This document shows, piece after piece, positions 46,402 to 59,829 of a DNA stretch of 64,000 nt. Position 1 is the first letter of the stretch; the number at the start of each line of letters is the position of its first letter. Source of the DNA: Lobosporangium transversale (Eukaryota); the NCBI RefSeq assembly GCF_002105155.1, contig NW_019029010.1, positions 1 to 64,000 of the forward strand, in the 5' to 3' direction. Below the pieces are notes generated by a model. That model had not been told where the DNA came from. It did no database searches and worked only from the letters and a program-made list of their open reading frames with translations. A program made the position numbers and the translations under genes.

Positions 46402-47729
46402 TGGTGGGAAATCAGATTTCAAATGTCTAAGATAATGGCGTTTGTTCAGGAAAGGAGGAATTAAAGTCAATACCATTTCATAGAAGAAAGTCATCTATAG
46501 AACAACAACAGCTACAGGAATACTCACCTTGTTTGCAGAATGCGGGGAAAGATATGGATAAAAAAGAAGACTGAGGAGGATACGAAGATACGAACGAAAA
46601 AGAAAACGGAAAAAAAAAAAAAAAAAAAAAAAAACTTCCATCCTACTTTATATACTGGATATCGGCTCAAGAGCATTTTATATTATTACTGTAGTTCAAG
46701 GCCTAGTCCTGGGTAGAACATGTTCTCCCAATATCCACCTGTCTATATCTACCTGTCCATATCTGCCTATCCAATACGCGCCTTCACTCTCTTATGTTTC
46801 ACTACGCCCTCATTTACCTATCGCGTCAAGGGAAATGTAGGCTTTTTGTTGTTTGTTGCTCATTTAACATCTTATCCAAATGATTGCAGTTTGACCATTC
46901 AATTATACATAAAGTGTCAAGTATGGTTGCTCACTGACAGAGGATACCAATTAATGTACGAAATCAGAAGGTTGGCATTCGCAAATAAACGTGCACAGAA
47001 ATCGATTTTATTCTCATGCTGCATCGCAAGGAAGCAAAGAGAAGAGCAATCGTCATCTTACATGGAACATGTCCAGGGCAAAATTTTAGTATCACCTCTC
47101 TTTTAACAACGTTCAACAAAAGAAACGCCCAACCTAAACAGAAATATACTCAAGCTCTCAACTTTCGCATCTGCATACCTTGCCCTGAGGTAGTCCAATT
47201 TTGGTACCCAGCTCTTGTGTCGGCACTCGTCCTGAATACCAAAATCTATGCACTCAAGTTTCATTTACTTCAATTATCGAATATAGATTATCCCTCACCT
47301 TTAAACACGTTTTTCATTCTCTATGCTCCCCATGACTAAACTTGATCACTCGTACTTCTCGGACCAATCAATGTACCCTTTTGTTTATTTACTCCCGTCT
47401 TCTATGGGGCGTTTGCCCTCTCTTCATTCTAATGTGCTACAAGTTTCACTTATACTCTCAACCTCATCACTATAATGTGTAAAATGTGGCATACGTGGAG
47501 CTCTCCCAATATTTGTGCCCTCAAGCGCCCTCAGTGGGAGTATGACAGGAAAAATCCCTCATAACAAAGCTGTATACACATACCTGATCAACCATTTATT
47601 CATTATTCGCCCATCCTCCTTTTATTAGCTGTGTCGTGCCTCATCTCCCTCTCTCTCTTTTCCTCCCTAACTTTCCTATTCTCACTTTCTTTATTTCTCT
47701 CTCACACTCTTATTCAACTAGGAAGCTAT

Positions 47730-48767
47730 ATGGAGAATCTTAGCTTTGACAATAACATCCTTATTAAGAGTGGAGGCATCAAGACGTTGGTGGAGGCATT
47801 GAAGAACAACGCCACACCGACGGCTATTGACCTGCGCAACAATCCTATCGGCGATGAAGGTGCCAAGACAATAGCAGAGATATTGAAGAGCAACGCGACA
47901 CTGGTCTCCATCGACCTGGAAAACACCTCTATTGGCTCTGAAGGTGGCAAGGCAATAGCAGAGGCAGTGAAGACCAACACCACACTGACGACTATTAACT
48001 TGTTCAACAATAATATTGGATCTGAGGGTGGGAAGGCAATAGCGGAGGCCTTGAAGACTAACACTACACTGACTACCATTAATCTGTTCAATAACAACAT
48101 CGGGCCTGAAGGCGGCAAGGCGATAGCAGAAGCATTGACAAGCAACACCACGCTGACGGCCATTTACCTGCGCAAAAATAACCTTGGTTCTGAAGGCGGC
48201 AAGGCGATTGCAAAGACATTGAAAAGCAACGTGACACTAAACACCATTCATTTGGGTGAGAATAGTATCGATAATGAGGTTGGCAAGGCAATTGCAGAAG
48301 CATTGAAGAGCAATACCACATTGATGACCATTGACTTGTACAACAACGGAATTGGCTCTGAAACTGGCAAAGCAATAGCAGAAGCATTGAAGAGCAACAC
48401 TACCTTAACGACCATTGACCTTGATAGCACTTTTATTGGGTCAGAAGGCGGCAAGGCGATAGCGGAGGCACTGAAGTGCAACACCACTCTGACGACCATT
48501 AACCTGTTCAACAATGATATTGGCCCCGAAGGTGCCAAGGCAATAGCGGAAGCATTGAAGACCAACACCACATTGAAGACAATTGACCTGGGCAACAACC
48601 ATATTGACGATGAAAGTGTTAAAGCAATGATGGAACCATTGAAAAGCAGCACTACACCGGCGACCATTTATCTCTATAACAATAACATTGGCTCTGAAGG
48701 TGGCAAGGCTATAGAAGAGGCAATGAATAGCAACCCCAAGATGATGATCTATTATGGAAGAGTGTGA
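47730..48767 (+). CDS. RNI-like (NLRC3-type) leucine-rich repeat protein with ~11 full 28-aa repeats
   Basis: Consensus GKAIAEALKSNTTLTTIxLxxNxIGSEG with 84-bp periodicity. ATG at 47730 is preceded by a pyrimidine tract and CTAG acceptor (47721), so an upstream exon is possible. Confidence 0.88.
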   Translation: MENLSFDNNILIKSGGIKTLVEALKNNATPTAIDLRNNPIGDEGAKTIAEILKSNATLVSIDLENTSIGSEGGKAIAEAVKTNTTLTTINLFNNNIGSEGGKAIAEALKTNTTLTTINLFNNNIGPEGGKAIAEALTSNTTLTAIYLRKNNLGSEGGKAIAKTLKSNVTLNTIHLGENSIDNEVGKAIAEALKSNTTLMTIDLYNNGIGSETGKAIAEALKSNTTLTTIDLDSTFIGSEGGKAIAEALKCNTTLTTINLFNNDIGPEGAKAIAEALKTNTTLKTIDLGNNHIDDESVKAMMEPLKSSTTPATIYLYNNNIGSEGGKAIEEAMNSNPKMMIYYGRV

Positions 48768-49283
48768 TTAAAGGCAATAAAGTGCCACGGAGAAGGCAAG
48801 GCAAAGTCCTCCATTCTTCTTCAGTATGCCCCGCATGTCACACACACTCTCATAATCTAATCTATATAAGCCTGCTGTTGGCAGATTTATTAAAGGAATA
48901 TCTTATTTCTCATGATTCATTGACCCATTTATATGTAAAGACATTAATGCACTAAAAAGCTAGGAGTCGTGGAAACCAGTGACAACAATGCACAATATAC
49001 TCACGTTGCGAGGCTACAACATTGGACCATAGAATGGACACGTGTCACTCCCTAGATAGACATGTAGATATATTAAACTTGGTGATGTAACACTCATTTT
49101 TAATAGCTCTAGAACTCCTTTCATCTTGCTACTTGAACTTAGCTATTATAGATCTGATCATGGCCTAATGTGTGCCAAAGGACTCCACATTGTTGTAGCA
49201 GTCTTTTGTTTGCGTCGCTACACCCCAAATCATATCCTTCGTGGAATGAAAAGGCTTCAAGTATTTTGGAACCGAAAGATGGG

Positions 49284-49317
<34 letters not shown>

Positions 49318-49465
49318 CAAATGCGACTAACCGAGTCGAGTAGAGTGTACCAGGCAGACGCAATCCGTTAAAAACATCAGTTATAGATAAAGTACAATTG
49401 CAATAAATAGAAGTCTTTTTTTTGTTCATTATAAGAATTATATATAACATGACTGAAACTAGTAA

Positions 49466-50657
49466 TTAGCGAGACCATATGCTTGTGTGCACTTCATGTG
49501 GTCGAGTGGTCACTTCCGTCTGTATCATACGGTGAATCGTAGGCAAGTAATCAACATAGGACATTGCATCGTTGTTCTTGTCTTCAACCAACAGATTCGA
49601 CAGCTCTAACTCGACCTGGTCCATCCCTTGTCGTACAATGGTTAGATCCAGATATTTGGCCCTCTGTCCCTGCATATACATCTGAAGCGTCCGTAACTGA
49701 TTACTCAACATTGTATCCAATATTGGGAGATGGCGCTACAAAAATAAAAATAAATAAATAAATAAAAAAAGAATATCACATTAGAGGAGGATATAGAAAA
49801 AGTAATCATAAAATCATATTCATCTTCATTTTCATATTTTTCTCTTTACCTGCTCAATGCTAAGCTCTTCTAATGTCTGGACTCCAAAGGCATCGTTCAA
49901 GAATTGGCTTGAGATTTCACGACCGAGCCACAAATACATCTTTTGGCCATTCTCAAGTAAATAGGCACCTTGCGTTTGAAATCTCGCATAGGACAGTCGC
50001 ACTAACGGCGGTAAAAACACGCGGCCATTTGTAGGATTTAATACACCAACCTAGTATAATACAATATCGTTGCCAATTAATATAATTAGATCTAAAATCT
50101 TTAAAAGGCATAGCATATATTGCTTTTCTTTTTTTTTTTTTTTTTTTTATTTTTTTTTATTATTATTATTATTTTCTTAACCAAAGTGGTGAACTTACCT
50201 TTTCGTCCATGGCATGCACTGCAACCATGCGTGGGTAGAAATAAACAATGCTTTCGCTGACACCCATGCTCTTGACCATCCGCATTTGATACACACGCAT
50301 GTCGCTGTTGAGATCCCGTCCTGCCCTCAAGATCTTGGACTTTAACATAGCAAGGGTATATAACGGGTACAACTTGAACGCCTCTGGAAGAATGAGCTAT
50401 ATAATATAATATTTTGCACCAAAAGTTAATCGATCAAATTAGCTAAAAGCGATAAATGCATGACCCGAGGCTTTTAAAATATTTGTTTATATGTTTAGAG
50501 AAAGAGAAAGAGAAAGAGAAAGAGACAAAAATACGAACCTGCCCGGGTGCTGTGGATGAGGCACAGTTGCGGCGATACGCGGACAAAATCTTGACGCATT
50601 TTTCTGTCAACGCTTCACGAACTTCACTTAACGTTTTGTTCAGTGCTTGAGTGATGG

Positions 50658-50690
<33 letters not shown>

Positions 50691-53600
50691 ATTTAGTACT
50701 GATACAAATCCTTGTCAGCCCAACTCAACCAAAAGAAAAAAAAAAACCCTCTAGTTAAAACTGACTTACCTCCTTTACTCAAAAAGTTGATGGTCGTGTC
50801 CATATCTGCCCATCGGAAAACATTGCCCAAAAGCGTGGTCACAGGCGTACTAAAGTTGTGTACTCGTACCCGTCGTCTACCGTCTGCAGTCGTATATAAT
50901 AATGCCACCTGGAAACTAGCCTCTGTCTTCTCATCCAGTTTTCCATCATGCTTCACTAACACTCCAATGGCCTTCTCAGAATCAATGCCTGCCAATTCCA
51001 GATCCGTGCTGTTCTTCATGTGGAAATTTCCAAAGTGCTCTGTAATCCTTAATCCAGTCGAACATCGGACACGCATTAATGCATTGAACCCAAATGGCCT
51101 TGTCACTAACCGAGCAATATCTCCTTGCAGTTTGATCCCATCCCTCATCCCATTAAAATTCACAAACATTTGTGTTTCTCCTCCTGTAATACTGGATAGG
51201 CTTCCCAAAGTGGCTACATCCACATAAGCATTCGGGAATAAGAACAAGTCAATGGACATGCCTGTTTCCACACAACTTTCCGCCAATCTCCTGTAAAAAT
51301 CATCCTGTGGTGCATACAATGTCCTCTCTTTGTCCGTTCCATAGAGCTTTGAATCTTCTCGATGACGTAGAACTCCTGGTCCGAACGTTGGAAGAGACGT
51401 TTGGAACAAGATCAACTTGCCTCCACGGTTCTCGAGCGCCATCCGCACCCCTTGGACAACTGCACCGATAACAGACTCTGTTGTTTTATTCTCTGCAAAA
51501 AGCTGAGGTAGCGTATCCAACAATGACTCTACAATTGTTCTGAAGGATACACATACAGAGAAAAAAAAAAAAGCGATTAAAATAGAATCATAAAATGATG
51601 ATCTACTTCACAAATAAATAAGAAAAAAAAAAATTAAAAAAAATGCAGTCCTTACTGTGAGCTCTCAGGGCTAACAAGGAACCCATCGCCGAGAGGCACA
51701 AACACGTCCGATACATCTGGAACGACCATCATCTGCGCTTGCTCCAAAGAAGGCTATGGAGAACAGTAAAAGCAAAAAAAAAAAAAAAAAAAAAAAAATC
51801 TTTTTAGAAGCCGGATCATTACCTCTAAGAGTCTTATAGTCTCCCACAGGAACAAATAATCATAATCGGATTTGATAAGGTCTCAAAAAAAAAAAAAAAA
51901 ACATACCGAAAGGTTGTAAAAATGCACATTCTTGTCATAGGTCAGGATTCCGATTTGCATACCAGGCATCAGTTTGGAAACCCCATTCGCGTCCCAGATC
52001 GCATGTTTGATCCCTTCAACGCACTGCTGTAACATCCCACTCTGGACAGAATTCCAAGAAACATCGATCGCAAAGACATATGCGGCCGCCTGAGGAGGCT
52101 TGTTCCAATACTCCTTTGGCACTGCAAATTCAATCGTGCCATTCCTTAATTCCGGTCGTTGGTCCAGATCACATCTCCTACCATTCATATCCAGGTTACA
52201 GAAATAACTCGGCTCCACATCGTTCTCGAACAAACACATGTTGCACACAAATTTTTGACCGCCATTTGTAAAAATCATGAACGGATTAATATATGCATTG
52301 CATCGTCGACAACGTGCTGGTCCACCATCACCGAAATCAACCGTCTCGATTTGTGCTTCATCTGCACGGAGCTGTGCTAATGGCTGAATCACAAGGCCCA
52401 TAGGCAATTGTGAAATGCTGAGCAAGTCATCAGTATTGGGGATGTTATACGTTGTCATCCTGAAGAATCGAGGGTTGCAGTTTCCTCCATCGATTGCCAT
52501 AAAGTCACTACTGGCCAGCGGTGTAGCGTTTGTCCTCACGGAAGTAACAAACGGCTTTTGATCCCATTCAGCTTGATCAGCTTCTTGAACTGCTACTGGA
52601 GAAGGGATCTGATCGGGATCGATCCTTGGCTTGGGAACCGGTTGTACAGGTGCAAATGGCGCCTGAGGTCGGAACTGTTGTGACTGATTCGACAATGGCT
52701 GGGACGGTGCTACATGGGATGGTGCATGTTGATGGGTTGATTGTGCTGGCTGGTGTTGATGTTGGTGCTGTTGGTGCTGTTGGTGTTGTTGGTGCTGTTG
52801 GTGCTGTTGATGCTGCTGGTGATGGTACGATGTATTAAGCTGGTGCTGAGGATGAGTGTATACAGCCTTAGAATATTGATTAACAGCGCCTCCAGTCTGG
52901 TTTAGATGCTGTTGAGATGCATATGGGTCGGGGATAGGCTGAGGAGTCGGTGGCAGCATTCCAGTCGCTCCTGGGTTACTGGGAGGAGGTGCGCTTGGAT
53001 CGGTTGCGAAAACACGCTTGGCACGGGCACCAGCCTTGGGCTTTGTCTATATGGAGTTTGAATATATAAATATTTGTTCTACTTCCTTAAATTTTTTTTT
53101 TCCTTCAATGATAATGTCTTCGGAGTCCCACAAATGGCAATAGCAAGAATTACCTCTGGTTGTACAGACTGCGTAGTTGATGGAGGTCCTAGTGGTGGTA
53201 GTGGTGTCTGTGCGTGGCTTTGACGTTGATTCAGATTGCTATTTCCTGCGAGTGACATGTTGGACATTTGGTTGTAAAGAGTATTCGCATTCCCAGTCAC
53301 TGCTGTAGTAGCAGCGATAGCTCCATGTTGATCTACAGGTGGTGTGGGTTGTTGCTGCTGCTGCTGGGATGCCTGATGTTGGCTTTGATGTGAGCTTGGA
53401 TGTTGCTGGTATGGTGCATTCTGAGAGGCTGGTGGAGGAGGACCATGATTTTGAGGGAAGCCCTGCATGGCGGGTGGTCGGGGTGGAGACTGAAGCTGAG
53501 ATTGTGTGGCAGTGCTTGGTGTGCTTATTGGGGTAGGGGTCTGTTCAGATGCAGAGTTGATCTGCTGCTGAGGACGGGGGCCGCCTGCAGTAGCCATGTC

Positions 53601-54297
53601 TGCAGTGGCCATGCCTGCCTGTCCATGTCCTTGTACTGGCGAGCTCGGCCTGATCTGTTGCTGATTCATTGGCCGAATCCCAGGTGGTCTTGCCCCTAGA
53701 GCTCCTTGATTAGACAGAGGGCGAGCACCAGGGTATTGTTGCTGTTGTTGTGGGGGCCCATTGACAAGCTGTTGTCCTTGCTGCCCCTGTCCTATTCATC
53801 CGCATATAATGTAACAAGCCCAGTGTATCAGTTTTGAAAGATCAGCAAAAAAAAATAAATAAATAAGAGATCCTTGCCATGGCGCATGCTGGGAAATGCT
53901 ACAAAACAAACAAAAGAGAAAAGACGAATGGCATCGCTCCATTGATTCATAGATACAGTGATATTGGGCTATCAATAACAGTGGAATAAAAAGATCACTC
54001 TTATTTACCTGAAACCATGGGTCGCACGCCTCCACCAGAACTAGGTCTGATTGCTTGGTAAGGTGGGGCAGGTCCTCCAGGTGGCCTATTGACATTTTGA
54101 GTAGGCCCTGGCGCCTTCAATGGCTGTTGCTGCTGTTGTTGCTGATATTGTTGGCCACCATTGGGAGGAAATGGTCGTATTGGGGTAAATTGACCTTGTT
54201 GACCTTGCTGAACTTGTTGACCTTGTCCTGGACCATAACCTCCAGGACTGTAAGGTCGAGGTTGCTGTTGAAAGTTTTGAGGAGGATAATTGGACAT
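49466..54297 (-). CDS. SEC24: COPII coat Sec24 family protein (SEC24C/D, Sfb3/Lst1-like), multi-exon
   Basis: Pro/Gln-rich N-terminus, PRIDPDQIPSPV, zinc finger CRRC..YINPF..FVCNMC, trunk YVFAIDVS, MRVRCSTGL, gelsolin-like YLLENG, and LVED..SYVDYL. Confidence 0.93.
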
Positions 54298-56919
54298 TTG
54301 TCAAGCAACTGCAATCACTGCAATTAATGTTCAGCTGAATCTAGACGAACAAGCAGACAGACAGATTGATTTATTGATTTCAAATATTAGACACGTCATT
54401 TACATTTGCCATACAAAATGATGCCATGTACATGCGCGTCATTCATGGATGTAAGGCTTTTTCACTTGCCTATTGGTCGTTATTGATTTGAGAGAAAAGA
54501 CAATGCTGGTAATGAAGTGAAGATTGCGTTAAGGTTAAGAATGACAAAAAGTTGGTTTGTGAGCATCATTCACACTTGACAACGCGTTTGCCCTTTGTCC
54601 CACAGACCTTTGCTCGCTCGTCCCGTGTGACAAGTTAGGGAGGGAAATCGATCGTCCTGATTGGTCGAGGCAAAATAAGCATCTATCTAGTCTCTATGCA
54701 AAATTTGTATCAGAGAAACTGCTCGGAGCTGACGATCCATGTCAAAATTCAAGCGTCCACATTCTGGTAGATAAGCAAGTCGTTCCGTGGTAATGCAACA
54801 ATCGAACTGCGTTCTGCCGCAAATAGCCAAATATGCGTATATACTTTTCTTATAATTGCTCATTGGATTGGTACTGTAAATCTGCCCGAAGGCGACAGAT
54901 CCTCCAGGCCCATGGTTATGGAGAGCAAGACAAGGGGCAGCTAATGGAGCTACATCAACTCTTTGGGCACCATCACTCTATGGCCAGTACACTCACGAAC
55001 ACCAAAGAAGAATTTCATTCTGTTATTATGCAATACCAGACAGTGTAGTGGTGCTCGAAAGTCATCTCTTGGTTAGTCTTGATCATGGCTGAGAGTGATA
55101 TGGATTTGAAGCTCTATTCCTAGTCTTTTTACTGACCTCATGAAGCCTTAAAGTAGGGAGGACATGTCTGCAGTACCATATAAACACGGCTTTCCCACGT
55201 TTAAGGAAAATTGCTTCGAGATTCTTCATTCGGTATCGACTATTTGATGAGGTTTACGTTATATTCGTGTACTTCCATTTCCATCACTCAGTCTGCTTTG
55301 CACAGCTTTGAGGCCAAGTGAATACCCTAATTACATCTGTTGCCTAGATTATGACCCTGCCGTCCTCTTCTAGACGAAGTGGTCTGTTGACTATTGATTG
55401 AAGCCCCTACGATTCCAACTGAACTAATCTGACCATGTATATAATCCTAGACACAAAGTGTAACAAAGTGGCTTTTAAACTAGGTTGGTCCAAATGTTAT
55501 ACATGTATAATATGCAAACAAGAGGAGGAAACAATTCTCCAGAATTTAAATTGCACGTCCAACTTGACAACCACCACCAAATATTACATCAATCGAAAGC
55601 GTCCCAAATTTTGAGATTTTAGAGCCAATCTGGAGCACGTACGACTAATATAACGAACAAAAGAACGATCGTACGTAGAGTGTTCGAAAAAGAGTGGATC
55701 CTTAAAATGCAAATTTCGACATTTTTTTCCATTTCTCATTGCCATCTCATTCATATCCAAAGCAGTTCCACTTGCACATTCATCTGAATCTCTTCCTCCG
55801 TCAGTAGTATTCTTGGCTCATTTAGTATTTTCATTGCCTGTAATGTTTAATGCGCCATTGAAGTTGGCCTTCCTAATTTATTAGACTGAACAAGATACTA
55901 ATCTCCCCCTTAAACATAAATTTGACCACTGGTCTGCCATAGCATCTTCTCTTCGCTTGTTCTCCGATTTTGGTAAACCCATCTTGATAAGCATGCTGAG
56001 TCTCAATATTTGTTTTCTGCATCGAAGGAATGTTGGATGGGCACTCCCGATCGAGGAGACAAAATATTTCCAGTAGGCCGTCAATACAGAATTGATCGCA
56101 GGATGAAATTATGATGGTATGTCGAGTTGCGTAGTAGGCTTCGATGCTGGGATGACCCGGTGAAAGTGCTGATACCTGAAATTTTAATTCAAGCACCTAG
56201 TCCTCGGTTCCTCAGTTTGATGATGGTTGAGTTAGAACACTTGTGGTATAACTCCACTCGAGATGGATAATGCACAAAAAACACACACAGACAATTCACG
56301 ACTGAAATGTTTTATGGTAAATCGGAAGTCAAGGAGATCAAAAGTTGTTTATTATTTTAGCTAGGTCGGAGCCTTATATAGGCTCCAACATAGCCGTCAC
56401 TAATTGCTCTGATCTATGAATAAAAAGGGGAGTGCTCCATTTGGGTACACTCCCTAGCCTCAGGACGTAACAACGACACGAAGTGGTGAAGAAGTAACGT
56501 ACCTTAGCTTCAATAAATAGATGCATTCTACTGAAAAGTATATGGACCCAGCCATCGTTGAGAAGTAACAAAAAGTAGATCCAAGTTACTCTCGCCTTGT
56601 AAAAAAAGGAGATAAAAACGATAAAAAAGGTAATGAAAACAAGACATAAAGTGGTAATGTCTCCCCAGCCTCAGTAGAAACGCATTCTACCAAAGGTAAT
56701 GTGGGCCCAGTCACTTAGAGGAATAGCAAAAGGTAGGTTCAGGCCAGTCTCGTCTGTATGCGAAACATGGATTTGAGTATAAAAGAATACAATTACTTCT
56801 AACCTCGATTTACTTCAATAATCTTGTAATGGAACAAATAGTAAGAATTAGAAATGTCCCAGCACAATCTTGACCCCATGACGTAATTAAGGCGAAAAAT
56901 TTGATTCCCCATTCCCTCT

Positions 56920-59050
56920 CTACAATGCACAAGACTCCCTCCATCACTCTGAGCCTCAAGAATGCTTCAGTTTTTCAATTTCGTTCAGGAGGATAAGCAT
57001 AATCACAGCAACTTCGACGAGACTTTGTTGTGTTTTTTTAATCACGTCAAGACTCTCAATTCACAGCACGATGCAACGGCAAAAGAGTTTAAATGGCATA
57101 AAGAAGATAGGGGTGAATTTGAAACTTTATAACCAAGCACTGACCAAGCACTGCCGCGACAAAGGCAACTCTACTTGTGACTGGGATAGAGCGTAAAGCA
57201 GATGGTAAGGAGCTTACGAAGTAGTAATATATATTATCGTTAATACACTTCAGAGTATGGTGACCTTTTCTGAGTATGATAATCTTTAACACCCCTCATT
57301 TTCTTTGCAGAGGCGAATATGATGATTACTGGATCTCTATTATCAACAACAGGTACTGAGCAGTTTCCATTAACTCATACAGCATCTATAACATCTCTTG
57401 GCTCCCCATCTTTGGTACGTGCTGCTACAATGCTAAACGTTATTTTTGACTAATGTGCTGCTTGTTATTAGTATTAGTATTATTAAGCATTCGCTTGTAC
57501 AGGGAAATGTGGATGATGTCAATGATATAGAAGCTATCGAAATACAGAGAATCCCACAATTGGGGAGATCTAAGTCATATGAAAAGCAACTGGAGGTCGA
57601 GTCAATCAATAAGTTTTACGACAATACGGCTACAGATGGTTAGTTTTGTTGATTAAAGCTTTATGGCAAGCGATAGAAATATTTAGAGTATCGAACTGAT
57701 CCTTTTTTGAATCTAGTCCACATTAGGTTTCTCAATCAAGCATCTGAATGGGTATTGAATGAAAAGGGTGTACTTGCTATGTTCAACGATTTCAAGCGGT
57801 CTTAAGAAACAAACACATATTCACTTTCGCGTGATGGAATTGCTGATTTAACCTCACGTAGTGATTTTATCGACACATTGGTTGATGATATTTTTAACCA
57901 AATTGTTAGTGAAGGCCTAAATATTGAACAAGATGACGTTCATCAGGGACACTATCTATCTTATTCCGAAGTCCACAGGCAAGCTTCCAAAATATCGCCA
58001 ATTTTATTTGGTCACGATACCTTATATTTTTAATCTAAAAACGATGATTGAATTGTTCTGGTGGCATCTCACTACGTGACGGACTTGCAACAATACTCGT
58101 AACAAGCGAGCTAATTGGCTGCCAATACACTCGAAAGTATTCAAAAAATATAAGGTATCGCGACCAAATGAAACGGGCTATACATTAGAGGAAGTAGTTA
58201 AGATATTCAGGAGTAATCGTGTTACAAGGTCGATTACAGCAGTCTTGGGGAATTTGTAAGTAGTATATTATCATATTAACCTATCCTCCCTCGCAAATAT
58301 TTTATTAATAGCATATTTATTTCATACTTTATAGTGCAATGTTTTTTCCCCACCACGGTATAATGCCAAAAATGAATGAACGACAGTTTTTCTCTGAGAT
58401 TGTGATACCATCGTTCGCCATGCATTTCGACTGGTTGGAAAAGATATGGAGCTCTTTGAAATTAAAATACTAGGGTGTCAGAGAAGGAAGAATCTTCATA
58501 GGATCCCTATGCAAGAAAAGGCTGTACATGCCCACCAAGTAGATGCAACCGTGTCACACGATGGTCTACAGGTAGTATTGTTTGAGTGTTCACCGCCTGA
58601 TGCTAAGGATGCTGACAAGGCATTCTCAGATCATTTCAAGCTGACCCGTGATCTTAAGGACACATGGATTTATAACGTTGAGGCTATGATACAGAACGGT
58701 CGCGAACCTACAAGAGGCCTAACAGTGTATGGAGTTCATATTGCAAGGAATAGGTTAGAGCTCTATGCTTTGGATTTTATGGGTTGCTTTCGACTCCACG
58801 AATGCACCACAATTACTCTCCCCACAAGGCTAAGTACGTTCCAAACCTGCTTTCAGGAACTGGTTCAAAAATCTTTTTGGTTTGCGAAGCAAGTTAAGGC
58901 TGAGTTGGACAAATGGACTCTGCACAAACTCTAGAATAGTCAAACAAAAGGAAAGCAGAGAGAACCCTTAAGCTGCTTCCAAAAACAAATACAACTCCAA
59001 CAAAGGGAAAAAAAGTTAAAGTGTATCAAGATGAGGACGATCAACTTTAG
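56920..59050 (+). pseudogene. Decayed multi-exon gene ending in a PD-(D/E)XK-like nuclease fold
   Basis: Open segment 58446-58934 reads HQVDAT..VVLFECS..DKAFSDHFKLTRDLKD..VYGVHI..LELYALDF..ITLPT. Upstream exon-like pieces have GT/AG sites but contain stops. Confidence 0.5.
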
Positions 59051-59829
59051 AGCTATCTGGGTGAGAAAAAAAAATCCCAAAGTACTAAAGCATCTCAAGA
59101 CGAGGATGATATACTGTTCTCACTGCAGAATTGACACCTGTCCGCATCATATGTAATCCTGTTCAATAGTTTTCCCTGTAGTCAGAATAATATGTTTAGT
59201 CTTTTTAAATTGAAGGTGACATAAATGAAGAAATGCCTTGTATTCAATAGGGGACTATTTCTTTCTTGGCATTGCATTCTTGAACCCTATAATCAGACAT
59301 TCATTACTAGGGAAGTTGGTTTAATAAAGATAATTTTTATTGTGAAGGAAGTTGCATTGTTGGAGGATGAAACTAAAGAAAAAGAGAAAAAGCTCATTCA
59401 GAGCAGCGATTTTAAGAATCTCTGAAATTCCCACGGAGCACCGGTTAAATCGGTTAATGGTGGTCAAATTAGCCGGTTAAAATCGCTCGACACAACAAAC
59501 AAGTACATGTACTTGCATAAATGAATGTTAGGCTAGTGATTCAAATCCGGCCCTGACATGAGACAACGGATGGGGGCTGTCAAGATTGTGTCATGGCTGG
59601 ATATATCTACAAAGGGTAATAAATGGGCAGATGCCCTCTTCAATACTCAATTGAAATTAAAACACTTAGTGATTATTACATCATCATGGTGTTCCCTTTT
59701 CTACTCATAGTAGAAAAAGAAAATATATAAAGCTATCCTTCTCCCAATCTTTTTTTTTTTTTTTTTTTTTTCACCCTCATCTTTTTTTTATATTTTTACA
59801 ATTATCTCCATCTTTATCACCAAATTACC

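Noticed and set aside
47726..48667. Repetitive antisense ORFs (ASAIALPPS...)
   Set aside because: Shadows of the LRR repeats on the opposite strand.
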